From the NCBI GenBank assembly GCA_039621445.1, contig CP154954.1:28113037-28177036 (forward strand): 64,000 nt of DNA, in the 5' to 3' direction. The translations under genes and the position numbers were made by a program. This DNA is from Euglena gracilis (Eukaryota). Under the pieces are notes generated by a model. It was given only the letters and a program-made list of their open reading frames with translations. It did no database searches and had not been told where the DNA came from. Positions 12,301 to 25,214 of this stretch are shown piece after piece (position 1 is the stretch's first letter; the number at the start of each line of letters is the position of its first letter).

Positions 12301-15300
12301 CTCAGAAGATAAATTGGCAGAGACCCAAACAGAATCTTTGAGGCGTGCCAATGCAACGGCACCATCCGACGTCACTTGGTTGTCCCACAAGTTCAAGCAG
12401 AGGCAGGGACGAGGTTTGCAGTTGGGCTACCTCCGTATTTTCTTTTTAATTCATTCCTTGTGACATTCAATTCCTTGTGCACCGGACAAGAATTACAGAA
12501 AATATACTCAGGATGACCCGGGGGGTCAGTGTTATCTGATGTGCCTGGCATACTTTCGCGTGCTTGGGACACACAAGGGTGCAGGGGGGGGGATAGATAT
12601 CAGAGTCTTTCGGAAAAACTGCGTAAAAATTGCAGGAAATTTTTTAAATGTGTTTTTGAAAATTAGTGCACTTCTCCTGGAAGTGGGGGTTGGAAAAAAA
12701 CTCACAAATTTGCTCATTTTGCAACACAGGTGTATCTTTTGAGCCGTTATTCACATTTTTTCCAACAAAAAGGTCTAAAAACTTGATTTTTGTAATTTGG
12801 AACATGCTCGTTCGGGAAACATGGAATTTCTTGGTGAAAAAGCCAAAACTGGCAAAAAGTTGCCGAAAACTTTGGTCAGGTAAAATCTGGTCAGGTGAGC
12901 AGAATTATTTCCCAGCAGAAATTGGGGGAAAACCTAAAAAAGACCCAGAATTTTGTCAAGTTTTATAATATTTTTGGCAACTTTTGGCAAATTTGCAACA
13001 AAATGACAAAAAAGCACCTGGTTCCCTTGTGAAACGTTCAGGAATGGCCAGAACTCATTTCGCCTTCCATTTCAGGTTCATGCGAGAAAAAAAGCTCAAA
13101 GGGAAAAAAATGCAGAAAAATTGCAGGAAGTTACGGAAAATTGCGGAAATCGCGGAAAAATTGCGGATATCAATTTCACCCCCGAGGCGGATAAACTGCC
13201 TTGACCCCACCCCTGGCGCATACCGCCCACCCCTACAAATGGTGTGCTCCCACTCCTCCAAGGGCAGCCCTGGACCTATCAGCCCCGTCCGTGGAGCCCC
13301 GGCCCTGGGCACAGGGTGTGCAGGGAGGCGGCCCGCTGCAGCAGCGCGAGCGCCTCCGCCCCGGCACTCTCGATCTTGTTCTTGTGGAGGTGCAGGGTGA
13401 GGGACGTGAGGGACGCGCAGGTGAGCACACAGTGAGGCTGCCACTGGACTTCCATTCTCCATCTGTGAGTGAACGCATTCATCCCAATATTGAAGGAAAC
13501 AAACGCTGGAACCAGAATCACCCAACGCCCATTTAAAGCCAAAAAAGCTTCACATACAAAATTCAATAAACCACAATTTATGGAAAAAAGTGTGCAACGA
13601 GTTGATGCTTTGCTTTCGTGTGCACAGTCCGGACAAAAATGACGGGAAACAAAGATGATGGGAAACCACCAAAAATTTCCCGTCATTTTTCCATCATTTT
13701 TTCCCCCTGAACCCTTTCTATGCCCTTTTGGAGGAACCACATTCACAGCTGGTCAAATTTCACGCACAAAGGATGGGGGTATGACATATGATCAAGTTTG
13801 GGGTGTGTTTTCAATACAACCACAAAAAAAAGAACACCCAGAACACCATTTTGACACTTTCTTGGAATTTTGAGGTGCTGCCGAAAAACTCCCACTTATT
13901 ACCTTCATGGAAAATTGAAATTTCCATCACTTTTTCCAGAATAAAAAATTTCCCATCATTTTATTTCCCGTCATTTTTGTTTCCCGTCCGCTTCCGCCAT
14001 TTTTGTCCGGACTGTAATTTGGAGAAAACTTGGATGTGCGTGGGCAAACGTCATTTCAAAGCCAGCTTCAATGGGCTGCAGAAATCGCCGAGCACATTAG
14101 CACGTCAAATAACTCCTCCAATCATCCCACCTCACAATTTGAATTTACCAAAATTTCAATGCAACGGCAAAATCAATTGTTGTTTGTATTGCATAATCGT
14201 ATCCACAAAATGCAAGGTGCTTCTCCGGACGAAAAGTTGCTGAGGTTGCTCAGAGCTGCCACGCCACCATCGCCAAGCAATGAACCCTGTACAGAGTTTC
14301 TTTTTTGGGCTGAGGAGAGTGGGGACACTCAAGGGCAATATGCGACGCCCTTCAATGTGTCAGGACATCATGGCCCAGAAATTCCTTCCTCTTGCTGCTC
14401 AAATAACGCATCCCCAGGGGCCTGGCTACAATGACATTTCGGTTGTGAGGACATTTTGGTTCACTTTGGTTGGAGGGACACACTTCTATTACAGGGGCAT
14501 TTTGAAACACTTCGGCTAAAGGTGGGGATGAAACTTACTTTTGGTTTTTAAAAAACTGGGAGAAACCATTTGCTTTTTTAACTTTCAATTACTTTTTGAA
14601 CAAAAACTGGGCCAAAAATTCTTCAAAGCTTGTTTGAGATAAAATTCTGCAAATTCTCAAAATACTCCGATTTTTCATTTTGACCTTTTTCCTTCGCTAA
14701 AATTTTCCTTTATTTTTTATGTTTTCATACCGTTTTCTTTTTTAAAAAGCACTGTTTTTGCTCTTTTTCCTTCAAAAGCAACAGAATGCCAACGCTTTGA
14801 ATATGCATTGAACAGATCAGAATGTCAGTGTCAAAGCGAATCCTCCACACAGGGTTTGTTGCCAGAAAATTACACAACGTTCCGTCAGTAAAATTTGATC
14901 TTTTTGTGCTTCTTTTGCAATTCACTAACTTGGCATGTCCACTCGAGACTGGAAGGGCCCAAAGAAAGAGGACGCCCAAAAAGAGACTCTTTGGGGAGAC
15001 GCCCTAAAACTTACAGTCAATGCCTGAAAAAGGGTCCAGCATCTTAAAAAGAATCCTGATCCCGCAGCTGCATTGTCTGTACAAGGGAGCTGCCAAAGCT
15101 CTCCATGCAGCCACGGAGGCACCACGAGCACCTCCCACCACATCCCGAGGATGAATCACCACACAGCTGACTTTCCTATGGACTTATCGAGGGCGTTGTT
15201 GGGTTGTGTAAATTCAACGTTCCTTGGTTGCCTTCATTTCAGTCTTGTGAGAGGTGAGTAGAAAGACAACCTTGGTGAATCATTTGCTGGATGTCGTTTT

Positions 15301-18300
15301 TTGCGATTTCTGGAGCTTGGAGGACAAAATCAGTCAGCAATGGGGAGTGTTCGATTTTCGTTGTTGACATCCCTCATAATTCACCCCGAAACCCTCCAAA
15401 CCCCCCCAGGGTGTCATTTATGGGGATTTTGAAGGGAAAATCCAAAAGAACTGTCATCGGCAGCGAGCAAAATTTCATATTGCAGAGCGGTGGGTGTCAT
15501 TTTTGATTTATAGAGTGGCACCTACCGTATTTGTCACCCCTGGGGGCACTGCCAGACCCCCTTTGTTGATGTCAACGCACCCTAATTGGACAATTAGAGT
15601 GCGTTGCCAGTATTCCACCTAATTGGCACTTTTCTGACACTCCTTTCGCACTCCAAAAAAAAAGTTCTTCGGCTGGTCCTTGGGGATTTAGTACCCCCTA
15701 CCCTCACCCCCCCTAATTGGCCTCCAGGACAACACTGGCAAAAATTTGGCCAGGCTCCAACGACTTCCCCAAAAAATGACTATTGAAACAAATGTCCATC
15801 AAAAAGTGGAGAAAAAAATTCATGAAGCACCCAACCGTGCACAAAAAAAAACAAATTTTGTGCTGGGGGTGATAGCAGGGGGTGGGATCCTTGAGTCTCC
15901 TTGCTTGTCCCCCCCCGGCTAATTGGCTGATGGGGGGTCTGAGGGAACCTGGTCATTATAAGTCATAAAGAAGGTGTGAAATTGCCACCCTTCGGCACAC
16001 AGGCAATATTCCCCCTGGCAGCAGGGAGAAGCACCAACACCCCCCCCCTTTATTTGAGCACACCCACGGGTCAAAAGACCCCCCAAATGCTCAAACGAGG
16101 GGGGGTCGGAAATTCGGCTTTGAGAGAGGACAAAAAAATTTTGGCGCCTTTGGCGCCTAAAATTTTTTTCCCCCAGACCCAAATGTTCAATTAAGGGGGG
16201 GGTCAAATAAAGGGGGGGGATGGTATTGACCATTTTTCACCAACTCCCCCAGGGGGAGTCATTTTCTACTCTGCTAAAGACCAGCCAAAACCATTTTCCT
16301 GGAAAAATAGCAATTCAGCACCTGCCTGGGAGGTGGGTTGGTCACTTTGGGATCCAGTGGAATTGACCACACATGTGAAGCACGACCAAAAAAAACTTTC
16401 TCTGACAGAAATGCCTTAAAATTCACTTTAAATTCTTGGCCAAAATGGGTAAAAATCCCTTAAAATGCCAATGCCTTAAAATTTCTGAGGGGAAATTTTT
16501 CCTCCAACCCAGCAAAAATGAAAGTGCAAAAATCTCAGCAAAATAACAGGCCAAATCCAGGGGAGGAAAAGCGATTTCTGGCATCGTTGGAACATTGTCT
16601 AGTCAAAACTGAAAGAAAAAAAATGAGCTTTTTGCCCTCTTTTTTTTGGATTTGGACCTTGTGAAAATCAAAACGTTGGTTCGATGCATGCCTGGATGGC
16701 CCTTGTACCACCCTGAAAAGTGGCGCACCAAAAAGCCTCAAAGTGCTGTTACAAAGCCTTAAAAAAGCTTAAACAACCTTAAATTTTTGAAAAAATTCTG
16801 CTTTGAAAAAGGCCCACCTCCATGGTGATTGGCATTTGCCAATCAATTGGTGCAGCCTTGGAAGAAATCCACAACATTGGCTGCTGTCACTTGGCACCAA
16901 ATATGACGACTGGCTAATAGTGATCGAAGGCGGTGGCAAATCTGGCTCGGCATCAAGAGAAGAATGAATGTGCATCTCTTTCTTGATGTACGTTCATATT
17001 CCCTCCCTTTAATCCCCTCTAATTCTTCGACAATTATCGTTAATTCGACAATTTCGGGGGCAGTAGTGTGTCGGTTCATGGGCAAAACCTGCGGCCTACG
17101 GGACAACACTCAACAAAGAGCCCAAAGAGCATCACAACTTCAATTACCACCGGGTTTTATGCAGCCGGCGGTTTTCAGTACGTACCCAGGGGAAACCAGG
17201 TGGTCCAGTTCGGTCCAAAAGACCCCCCTCCCTAGGGTTGTGCCAATTAATCGTTTCGAGCAGGCGAATAAATCGGGGTGTCTCAGACGACTAACGATCA
17301 ATTGGTCCCTTCTGAGTTTTGCTGTTGAAATCTGCATAAGAAATTGAAATGCGGAACTCAAACCATTTCTTTGCGCGCCCTCTAACGAATTTTTTCCTTG
17401 TTCTGGGCCAGGCACTAGCAAATTAGGAACCGTGTCAGCTTAATAAATCGCACAGCATTTCACTGGCACCTTCGCTGACTCATGGCAACTTTAACAACTG
17501 TGTCAAGGTGTAAGTAGAGTATTATCTGACTGGTTACTGTACGAAATTGCGTGTTTGTAGCAAATATCGCGCCCATCGTGGTTGACATCCATAATGAACG
17601 ATTGCCCTGGGCCGAACGATTCGGAATCGGCGATGACGAACAATTAGTCGATTAATCGATTGATCGAATCTACCCCAGCCTGGCCGGGCCGGCCCGGGAT
17701 GGGCCGCCACCGGGCCGCTAATCCACTGGCCTGGGCCGTGCCGCCGGGCCGTTGGGCCGGGCTAGGCCGCCGGCTGCCGATCACCTCAAACATCTGCCAC
17801 ACGCCTCAAACATCAGCTGCAGCATGGCACCATCACACATGTAAAGAGCTCGGTACTACACAAAACCTAATCAAACAGGGGGGGGGGTATTCAGTCACCC
17901 CAAAAACGTCCCCCCCCCTGTGACCTGGACCACCAACAACAATGAATTAGTAACAAGGTAATTACCATGCCCTGGACCCTTTACGGCCCAATGGGAACAG
18001 TATGGGGGCAGCTGGACCTAGGTCCCACTCAAGCTATTCCCATACCCGAACCTGGCACAGCCCAAAAGGGGGCACCTTTGGAATTTTTTAGGATGTTCAC
18101 AAAAAATGGTCAATTTCAAGCACATTTGCCAAAAAGCGATTTTTGAAAACGTCCAAATAATGTCGATTTGACCATTTTTTCGGGGTTTCTTCACAAAGCA
18201 CGCTATGACAGTGAGCTATTCCAGTCAGGCTTTTGCTTAAGGACCCCGGGGGGGGGTACTGGCTAGCCAATCGGCTAGACACTGGAAAAAATGGACTAGC

Positions 18301-20641
18301 TAGACCCCCCTCCCCCCCCCCGGGGGGGGGGGTCCGGGGGTCCCCCCAACTGGAAAAAAATTTTCCTCCGGCACTGCGCGCCGAGGTGGAAATCAGGTTT
18401 TTAATAGGTTTTTGGGCTGTTTGTTCAAAAATTCCCAAAAATCCTATGGTAAATGTCATATTATTCGGTTTTTCTCGACAAAAATTAGAAAATCTGTCGC
18501 GAACAGTTCACTCAAACCTGATGTTTTTTTTCGGGGTCAGAAAAATCCAAAAATAGACCCCCACCCAATTCAATTCATAAGACCGTAATCTATCATTTTG
18601 GGTTTTTTGACTGGTTGTACGTCTTTACTCAAGCTATTTACGCCTGATAGTCGCACTCCCCGGGCACCCAGCCCATTTTTTTAATGTATGCTAGTCAAAA
18701 AAATGGTCAATTTCAAGCACAGTCCCAAGTCGATTTTTGAAAACCCAAATAATTTTGAATTTCTTTTCTTCACAAAGCACATGGCAAGCTCAGTCCACCC
18801 CCGGGTGGGGGGGTACCTGGACAATCCTCAACAGAAGGAGAAAAGGTATAGCTGGAGTCGGGGGGGGGGGCCTGTCCCCCCTCACTGGAATAAATTTTTT
18901 TCCTTCGTGCACCAAAAAAATTTGGTTTTTTTCAAGCTTAATTGTTTTTTGAAAACGTCCAAAATTTTTTTCCATTTTTTTTTGTTCCACAAAATGAGCT
19001 AGTCCAGCCCTTTTTAGGACTCCGGCTCCTTACTGCCCCAATCCCTAAAGCATGGAATCCCCCCCCCCCCAACGGTCGGGGTGTCCCCCCACTGGAATTT
19101 TTCTGTTGGAATCGTTTTTTATTTTTGGCTGATTTTGTTCCAAAAATTCCCAAAAATGGCCAAAGACGGGCTAGCGGCCAAATTTGGACTAGCTGCAGTC
19201 CAGCCCTTTCCCCGGGGGGGGGGGGGACTGCAATCCCTTAAGCAGAAGCCTGATTCCCGTCCCCCCTATGGGAATAGCTTGGGAGGGGGGGCATGGAAAT
19301 TGTTTGGTCCCCCCAACGGTCAATTAAATGAGCACAAATCCCATCAATGTCAGTGAATCGCGATTTTTGCACGCATCTCTATTGGATGTTGATTGATTAT
19401 AACCTGCGCATGCCCCCATTGACCAACAGGGGTACAAATCCCCGAAAAGGATGTGAAGTAGACTGGGTAGTCGGCCAACTACGCAATTGGTCGGCTGACT
19501 AGCCCCTGTTGGCAGCTAGTTGAGCGGCAAGATGCGGTGGGGGGGGGGGGTAATCGGCTGACTACCATGCCCCACCCATATAACACCCCCCTCAGGAGCC
19601 AAAATCCAAGGGGGGGTCTTATATGGGGGGGGTCTTATATGGTGGGGTCGCTGAGCTCTTATCCCTGACCAAGATCCTTTGGCCTCCCGGAAAAACTGTT
19701 TTTGAGCCGAAAATTAGCGTTTTTCGACCCGCCAGCGCCCCGTTTTGGGCCGCCAACCCATTGCCTTTGGGTCAAAACCCGGTCAAAAAAGTCGAAAACA
19801 ATCGATTTTTTTTTTTGCCCGAAACGATGTTTTTTTAGCCTCCCGGACCCGGAAAAACCGTTTTTGAGCCGAAAATGAGCGTTTTCCGACCCGCCAGCGC
19901 CCTGTTTTGGGCCGCCAACCCATTGCCTTTGGGTCAAAACTGGGTAAAAAAAGTCGAAAAATTTTTTCCCCGAAACGATGTTTTTGGGCCTCCCGGACCC
20001 GGAAAATTTGTTTTTGAGCCGAAAATGAGCATTTTTTCGACCCGCCAGCCCCCCGTTTTGGGCTGCCAACCCATTGCCTTTGGGTGATTTTCGGGTCAAA
20101 AAGTCGAAAAAAATCTAAAAAAAATTTTGCTCGAAACGATGTTTTTTGGCTTCCCGGACCCAGAAAAAGTGTTATTTGAGTCAAAAACGACTGTTTTTTG
20201 ACCCCCTGGCCTCCGGTTTCGGGCACAAAACCCTTGCATTTCAGTCAAAAGAGATCCATGGAGTGGGCCGGTGTGGTGGAAATTAGCAACCAGAGGCTTG
20301 ACCCTGGCGTGCCTGATGGGAAAGGGCCGGCGGTCTACCTGACCTGTCACAATTAAACCATTGCGGCTTCGGCCGAGCAGTGACACTAAGGACAAGCAAC
20401 CCCTATCAAACACGCCATCGCCAAGCATCAGGAGCTGAGGCAAGGGATGGAGGACTTCGAGTGCCACGAACCCGAGGGCTAATGCCCCCTGGCGGTAGCT
20501 CCACAGGCGAGAAATCGCTTCGTCCAGAAAATCTGTCCTCAGTCGTTGGAAAAATTCTCTCTTGCCCAACGCTGCAGATTGCAAAAAATCAGAGACATGA
20601 TACCAAACATCATTCGGAAGACAAGAAGCTTCACTCATCAT
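368..20641 (-). CDS. F-box/leucine-rich-repeat (RNI-like LRR) protein, multi-exon; 3' end runs off the left edge of the window
   Basis: Exon 20641-20568 (MMSEASCLPNDVWYHVSDFLQSAAL) joins exon 16948-~16860 (SQICHRLRSLLASRHIW) to form an F-box motif. LRR exons: ~14290-14230 (LLGDGGVAALSNL), 13424-13311, 12398-~12320, ~10950-10850 (LALDLSDNAVGDRGATALAGL), ~9154-9070, 8944-8898, 7612-7547, 7457-7402, 6031-5893, 5686-5533, 5092-5021, 2348-2281, 406-~368. The joins give in-frame LxLDLxxNxIGxxGAxALAxL repeats. Exons within 9150-12320 and 13430-16860 are only partly resolved. Confidence 0.85.
1349..1581. mobile_element. hAT-type MITE
   Basis: CAGAC...GCCTG ends; TSD CTACCGAA/CTACCGAC. Confidence 0.7.
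1821..2124. mobile_element. Palindromic (foldback) MITE with GG..CC ends, possibly Merlin-type
   Basis: Near-perfect ~300-bp palindrome; perfect TSD ATGTTGCC (1813-1820, 2125-2132). Confidence 0.8.
4580..4862. mobile_element. Palindromic MITE containing TTAGGG-like motifs
   Basis: Foldback structure; perfect TSD TTCCGAAT (4572-4579, 4863-4870). Confidence 0.75.
8945..9069 (-). other. Nonconventional intron consisting of a MITE (8950-9066) plus one 8-bp TSD equivalent
   Basis: Element CAGGCTTTTT...AAAAACGGCCTG flanked by the perfect direct repeat GTCGAGGC (8942-8949, 9067-9074). Removal gives in-frame GGC CTC|GAC CTC TCC CAC AAC (GL|DLSHN). Confidence 0.85.
13625..14014. mobile_element. MITE, possibly Tc1/mariner-type
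   Basis: TIR CAGTCCGGACAAAAATG / CATTTTTGTCCGGACTG; flanks CA and TA. Confidence 0.6.
18226..19252. mobile_element. hAT-type MITE inside intron 1 of the F-box gene
   Basis: CAGGCTTTTGCTTAAGG / CCTTAAGCAGAAGCCTG; TSD ATTCCAGT/ATTCCCGT. Confidence 0.75.
19680..20215. repeat. Tandem repeat with ~155-160-bp unit (~3.5 copies); related inverted copies at ~3165-3480
   Basis: Recurring GCCTCCCGGACCCGGAAAA...GAGCCGAAAATGAGCG...CCCATTGCCTTTGGGT. Confidence 0.75.
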
Positions 20642-20653
20642 GAACAAATAACC

Positions 20654-20680
20654 CTATGGAAAAGAGAAGGGAAAAAAGCG
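20654..20680 (-). promoter_or_regulatory. Putative spliced-leader trans-splice acceptor of the F-box/LRR gene
   Basis: Minus strand reads CGCTTTTTTCCCTTCTCTTTTCCATAG|GGTTATTTGTTCATG: pyrimidine tract plus AG, 12 nt before the ATG. Confidence 0.6.
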
Positions 20681-22690
20681 AAACCTTCACCACCACTTGG
20701 ACGGTGATGACAAATGGGGTGCGCCAAAAATCTGAGGCATTTTTTGTCCAATTTCGCCTCCAGCCCCAATCCTTGCCGACCCCTTTCCCCAAAGAGAGGC
20801 CTGGCGTGACTTGCTTGCAGCTGTGTGCGTCCCATTGCAGTCCTCATCCTCCTTCTGGAAGAGGCACGGGACCCCCCCCCAAGTTGAATCCCATGGCACG
20901 GCAAAGGATCCCCCACCCCCGTCTTGGAAAGTACTTGTCAGCCGTGCCGAACGAAAAACACGTGTATTTTTTTTCTCGAAACGCCCATTATGGCACCAGT
21001 GTTAGCAGTGATTAATTGAGCTTCTTTCATGGCAGGGGCTTTTTTGGGGGCTGCACCGGACTCAAATGGTGGTTGGGGCTTCCTTTGGCAGAACCCATTG
21101 GGACCTGTGCCGGCTGCCGGTCCGTCACGGACATCGACAGAGACCAGGGGGGTCTATGAAGGGGTGGGTGTGCGCTTATCAAGAGCTCAGCACTGTTCAA
21201 AACCTGGTCTTATATGGGGGGGGTAAGCTCAAGGTCAAGCTCGCCGAATTTAAGCTCCCCCCCAAACGCCCCCAAAGTGCTTGCCTCTACGACGGTCTTT
21301 GGTTCGAAAGACCCGCCCCCGAAAATAATTATCCTTCCAAAATAAGCCATCGGAGCGAAGCGCCAGAGGGTGAAAGTTATCCTAACACAAGAATGATGAA
21401 ATTTGAAAAACTTCAGGATTTTGAAATGCAAAAAAGTATGGCAAATATCACCCAATACAATTAACACATGATGCGAAGCGCCGAAAGTTTTCATGCTTGG
21501 AAAACAAAACCCAGGGATTCTTTGGAGGGGGTTAAAGCAGCTTGTTTTGTTATTAGAGGCTAGGTAGTCCTCCCCCCCCTCCCCCTTGTTCAGCTCACCC
21601 AGTCCCAGGTCCCGAGACTGCCCCCCGTGTACCTAGCCACACTTGTTCACTTCCGGGAAAAAACCAAAAACCGGAACAATGGGCACACACCAATCAAGGT
21701 TCTTTTTCAAAAAAATTTCGGCACCTTCGGTGCCGGACCTTCCTCCCACTCCGGGAAGTCAACATGTCTAGTTCAGTTCGGAAGTCAGTGAACAGGGGGT
21801 TCCAGCCCCCCATGTAATTGGGCTCCATTAGAGTTAAAAATATTTTAAAAAAATGCGAACAAAAGGAAAGCCCTGCGGGTGCTGACACCAAACAGGGAGC
21901 CAGGTCAGTGCGTGGGAAAACCTCCAAAAAATGTCTTTTCTTTGCGGGGTCTCATTTTTTTGGGCCAAAACAACCAAATTACAACTAACGCATGGATATT
22001 TTGCACTTCACACCGTATGTTTTTGCACTTCCGGTCAACATTTTTGCACTTTATCTCAAAAATATTTGCACACAAGCATAGGCCTCGGGCAGAAACCTCA
22101 ACAGCCGTGACTGTTTGTTGGAGGTCGGCACGTTTGACGAGGACCCTCGGCCTCCAGGGGGGGGTCCCCATTTTACCGTGCCGAGGGGGTCCGACCACCA
22201 TGGGGGGGGGGTGGGAAGTGCATCACCTTGCAGGCATCAAGACAATAGCGCAAGAGCACATGCTCAACCTGAGGATCTCCCAAAATGCCGAGGACGTGCC
22301 ATGCCTCTTCAACCTTGATCACCACCCCTTTCCGGAATGATGTTGAAAGCGGGTGTTCCACTGGGAAGCCGAGGACCTGCAACGATTGCAGACAACTTTC
22401 AGGAGGGCTTGCCAGTCAATTGTATTGAACGCATTCTGTAGGTCCACTTGGAGGATAGCCCACGCATCTCCTTGGCCATGTTCCGCAAAGGTTTTTTCCC
22501 CTAGTCAAGGACCCTGACATGTCTGTTGGTTGCCACCTCCCTTGCTCCCAGTAAACATCTTGGATGACCACCTCTTGGCTTTGGTCAACCTGCACCTCAC
22601 CCAACCACTGCCATCCTCTCCTTGGTCTGACACCAATGCCACTGTGACCACCAAAAAAAGCCACCAAATAACCCTCATGCTGAATGGAAC

Positions 22691-22863
22691 CAAGGTTTCC
22701 GGGCTGTTTTTAAACAAATTGTTTAAACCAGATTTTTTTCCTATTTTGTAGTGTTTTATTTAAAAAAAACAGCCCTTTTTAAAATAAAAAACCGTTTTTA
22801 AACCGTTTTTTATCCAGGAAAGTTTTTTTGCTTTGTTTTAAAACAAAAAAAACGGGAACCTTG
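22691..22863. mobile_element. hAT-type MITE
   Basis: CAAGGTT...AACCTTG; TSD AATGGAAC/AATGGAAA. Confidence 0.7.
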
Positions 22864-22886
22864 AATGGAAAAATAGAGGCCGAGAG

Positions 22887-23440
22887 TTGTTGGAGCCCCC
22901 CAAAACCGACCAAAATGGTTCAGAATGCGTATTGAAGCAGAAATGTCATTGCTGCAAAAGCCGATTGACCTCAGAATTTGCCCCACTTCATTCTAACCTT
23001 TGACAAATGAGTTACATTGGTTCGTGTCAATCCTGTTTTTCAAATACAATTCACTGCTTGGACATTTCCAAATACCAATATTTGGCAAAGAAAAACACTG
23101 CATATGTGGGCACCTTGCATCAAAACCCCAAAAATTGAAAATAATTTGCAAAATTTCTGCCATTTGAGCCATTTTTGGCTGGTGTTCCGCCATTTCAAGC
23201 AGTTTTTTTTTTGCAATAATTCTGGGCATTTGTTGGAATTTTTGGGGCCAATTCATGGTGATGATGGATTTTTTTGTTGTCATGTTCGACCCCATTTTGG
23301 GCAGTTTTTGGCAGATTGTCAGTCATTTTTTGGGGACAGCTGCAAATATTTTTGATAAATTTTGGAAATGCTGGGCCTTTTGTGTCATTTTAGGTCATTT
23401 CTGACCAGATTTTGAACTGTGTCCATCCATTTTGGGCATT
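22887..23440. repeat. ~550-bp repeat with an inverted copy at ~30012-30571
   Basis: Near-identical reverse complement; the ORF track shows matching translations on opposite strands. Confidence 0.85.
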
Positions 23441-23684
23441 CACCAATTGTACGTGTGCAAGTTGGTGATTGAACACAATAAACATCTATATTTTTCATTG
23501 GCTGTTAAAGATCCAGACTCCGTCCTGAGCCCCCACGCCTCTAATAAGCAGACTTGAAAAAAAACACCTGTTAAGACGTTCAATTGGCCTGGATCTTAAT
23601 CCATTGTCCAGTGTAAGGGTTTTTTCATTGTGCAAAAATAAAATGACGGAGGGCAAATATTTTTTTGAGGAAATGCAAATATTT

Positions 23685-24005
23685 GGCGGCGCGGAGCAAA
23701 AGTTTTTGAGGCCTCTGGTCAAATTTTTTAGAGGGAGCCAGGCAAAAATTTTGACTGGTTGGGGCAAATGTTTTTGTCGGCCGTGGGCAAACATTTCAGA
23801 CACTAGGTGTAAAACCATTTTCACCTAGCGTCTGAAATGTTTGCCCATCCCAGCGCCCTCAAAAAATTTGTCCAAAAGTCTCAAAATTATTTGCACTTCC
23901 CCCCAAAAATGTTTGCACTTGTTCCGAAAAAATTTGCACTCCGTCATTTTCTTTGCCCAATGGAAAAAAAGGCTAATGCTGGACAATGGAAAAAGATCCA
24001 CGCCG
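23685..24005. repeat. ~320-bp direct repeat, second copy at ~26581-26902
   Basis: GGCGGCGCGGAGCAAAAG...GGAAAAAGATCCAC is duplicated almost identically. Confidence 0.85.
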
Positions 24006-24306
24006 ATATTTATTTGGGAGGCAGAGAGGATGGTGATGAGGGCAAAGAGGAAATAAAATCCTCCTCTGTTTCGTTTCTTCTTTTCAGTTTGTGATCCCCT
24101 CAGACGGACGTTGCCGCCAGGGTGTCGCCAGGCAACCCCCAAGAGGGGGGGGTCTAGCGTGGCTGGAAAATTTGGGCTGGTTGGAAAAAGAGTGTTGGCT
24201 GGCCCCCACTTAAATTCCCCCATCCTATGACCTCCCATCCACATATGCCCCCCTGACCACTGCACATACCCCCCCCCCCGCTGACCACCAAACCATCACT
24301 GATACC

Positions 24307-24737
24307 CAGGGTTCGATATAAGGACAGGTGGGGGGGTGTTCCGGACCCCCCCCTGCGGGCCAGGAGGGGGGGGGGTGGGGGGGGACACCCCCCCCCACCT
24401 AAACAGGTGCGCGGTCAGGGTGGCTGAATTTCGGCCCGGCGCAAAGCGCCGGGCCGAAAATTTTTGACCCCCAAAACGACCAAAAGTGCCATTTTGGGCA
24501 CTTTTTGGGCAAAAATGTGCCAAAAATGCAAAAAATTTTCGGCGCAAAGCGCCGGAGGAAAAAATTGACCCTTTTTGGGGGGGGGTCCCGGGAACCCCCC
24601 CCGAGGGTCGGTCCAGACCCCCCTGGCAGGTGGGGGGGGGGTGGTCCGGAACCCCCCCCTGCGGGCCAGGAGGGGGGGGGGTGGGGGGGACACCCCCCCC
24701 ACCTAAACCATGTACGCCCTCCTTATATCAAACCCTG
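24307..24737. mobile_element. hAT-type MITE (same family as 48318-49009)
   Basis: CAGGGTTCGATATAAGG / CCTTATATCAAACCCTG; perfect TSD CTGATACC. Confidence 0.85.
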
Positions 24738-25214
24738 CTGATACCCCCCAGAAGGAAAAGTAATGAAGAAACAACAGACAAAATGAGCTAAAAATCACAC
24801 ACTGTGCAGGAAAAATAAAGTGCAATGGGCCAGCCAATCTCTGAATCTTGGCCCCCCAAAAAACATATGATGGCCCAAAATACCTTCTTTTACCCCCCTG
24901 ATGAAGAAATATGGAGGGGCATTCTTGGACCTATTTCAGTTACACAGGGTTATGATTCTCATCCAAACAGCAGAACATTTCCCGCTCAACGCTTTTTGAT
25001 TGGCCTCTACAAGGTACCCAGCGAACCCGAAGAGCCGCCCAACTAGGGTTAATACACATGAGGGGGACCCGAGCGAGGCGCCTTTGGCGCCTCGTTCGGG
25101 TAGGGACCAACTTATCACGTTTCTGAGCAACCGGTTTCTATACACAAATTTTCGGGGGCCCCCTGGCTGAACACGTTTTCAGGCTGAAATCTGGGCTCAG
25201 CCACAATTTATTTA

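Larger units (their letters stand above)
16949..20567 (-). other. 3.6-kb nonconventional intron 1 of the F-box/LRR gene
   Basis: 5' GGG-CAAGAGA ... TCTCTTG-ATGCC 3'; the join GCG TT|G AGC CAG ATT TGC completes the F-box. Confidence 0.75.
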
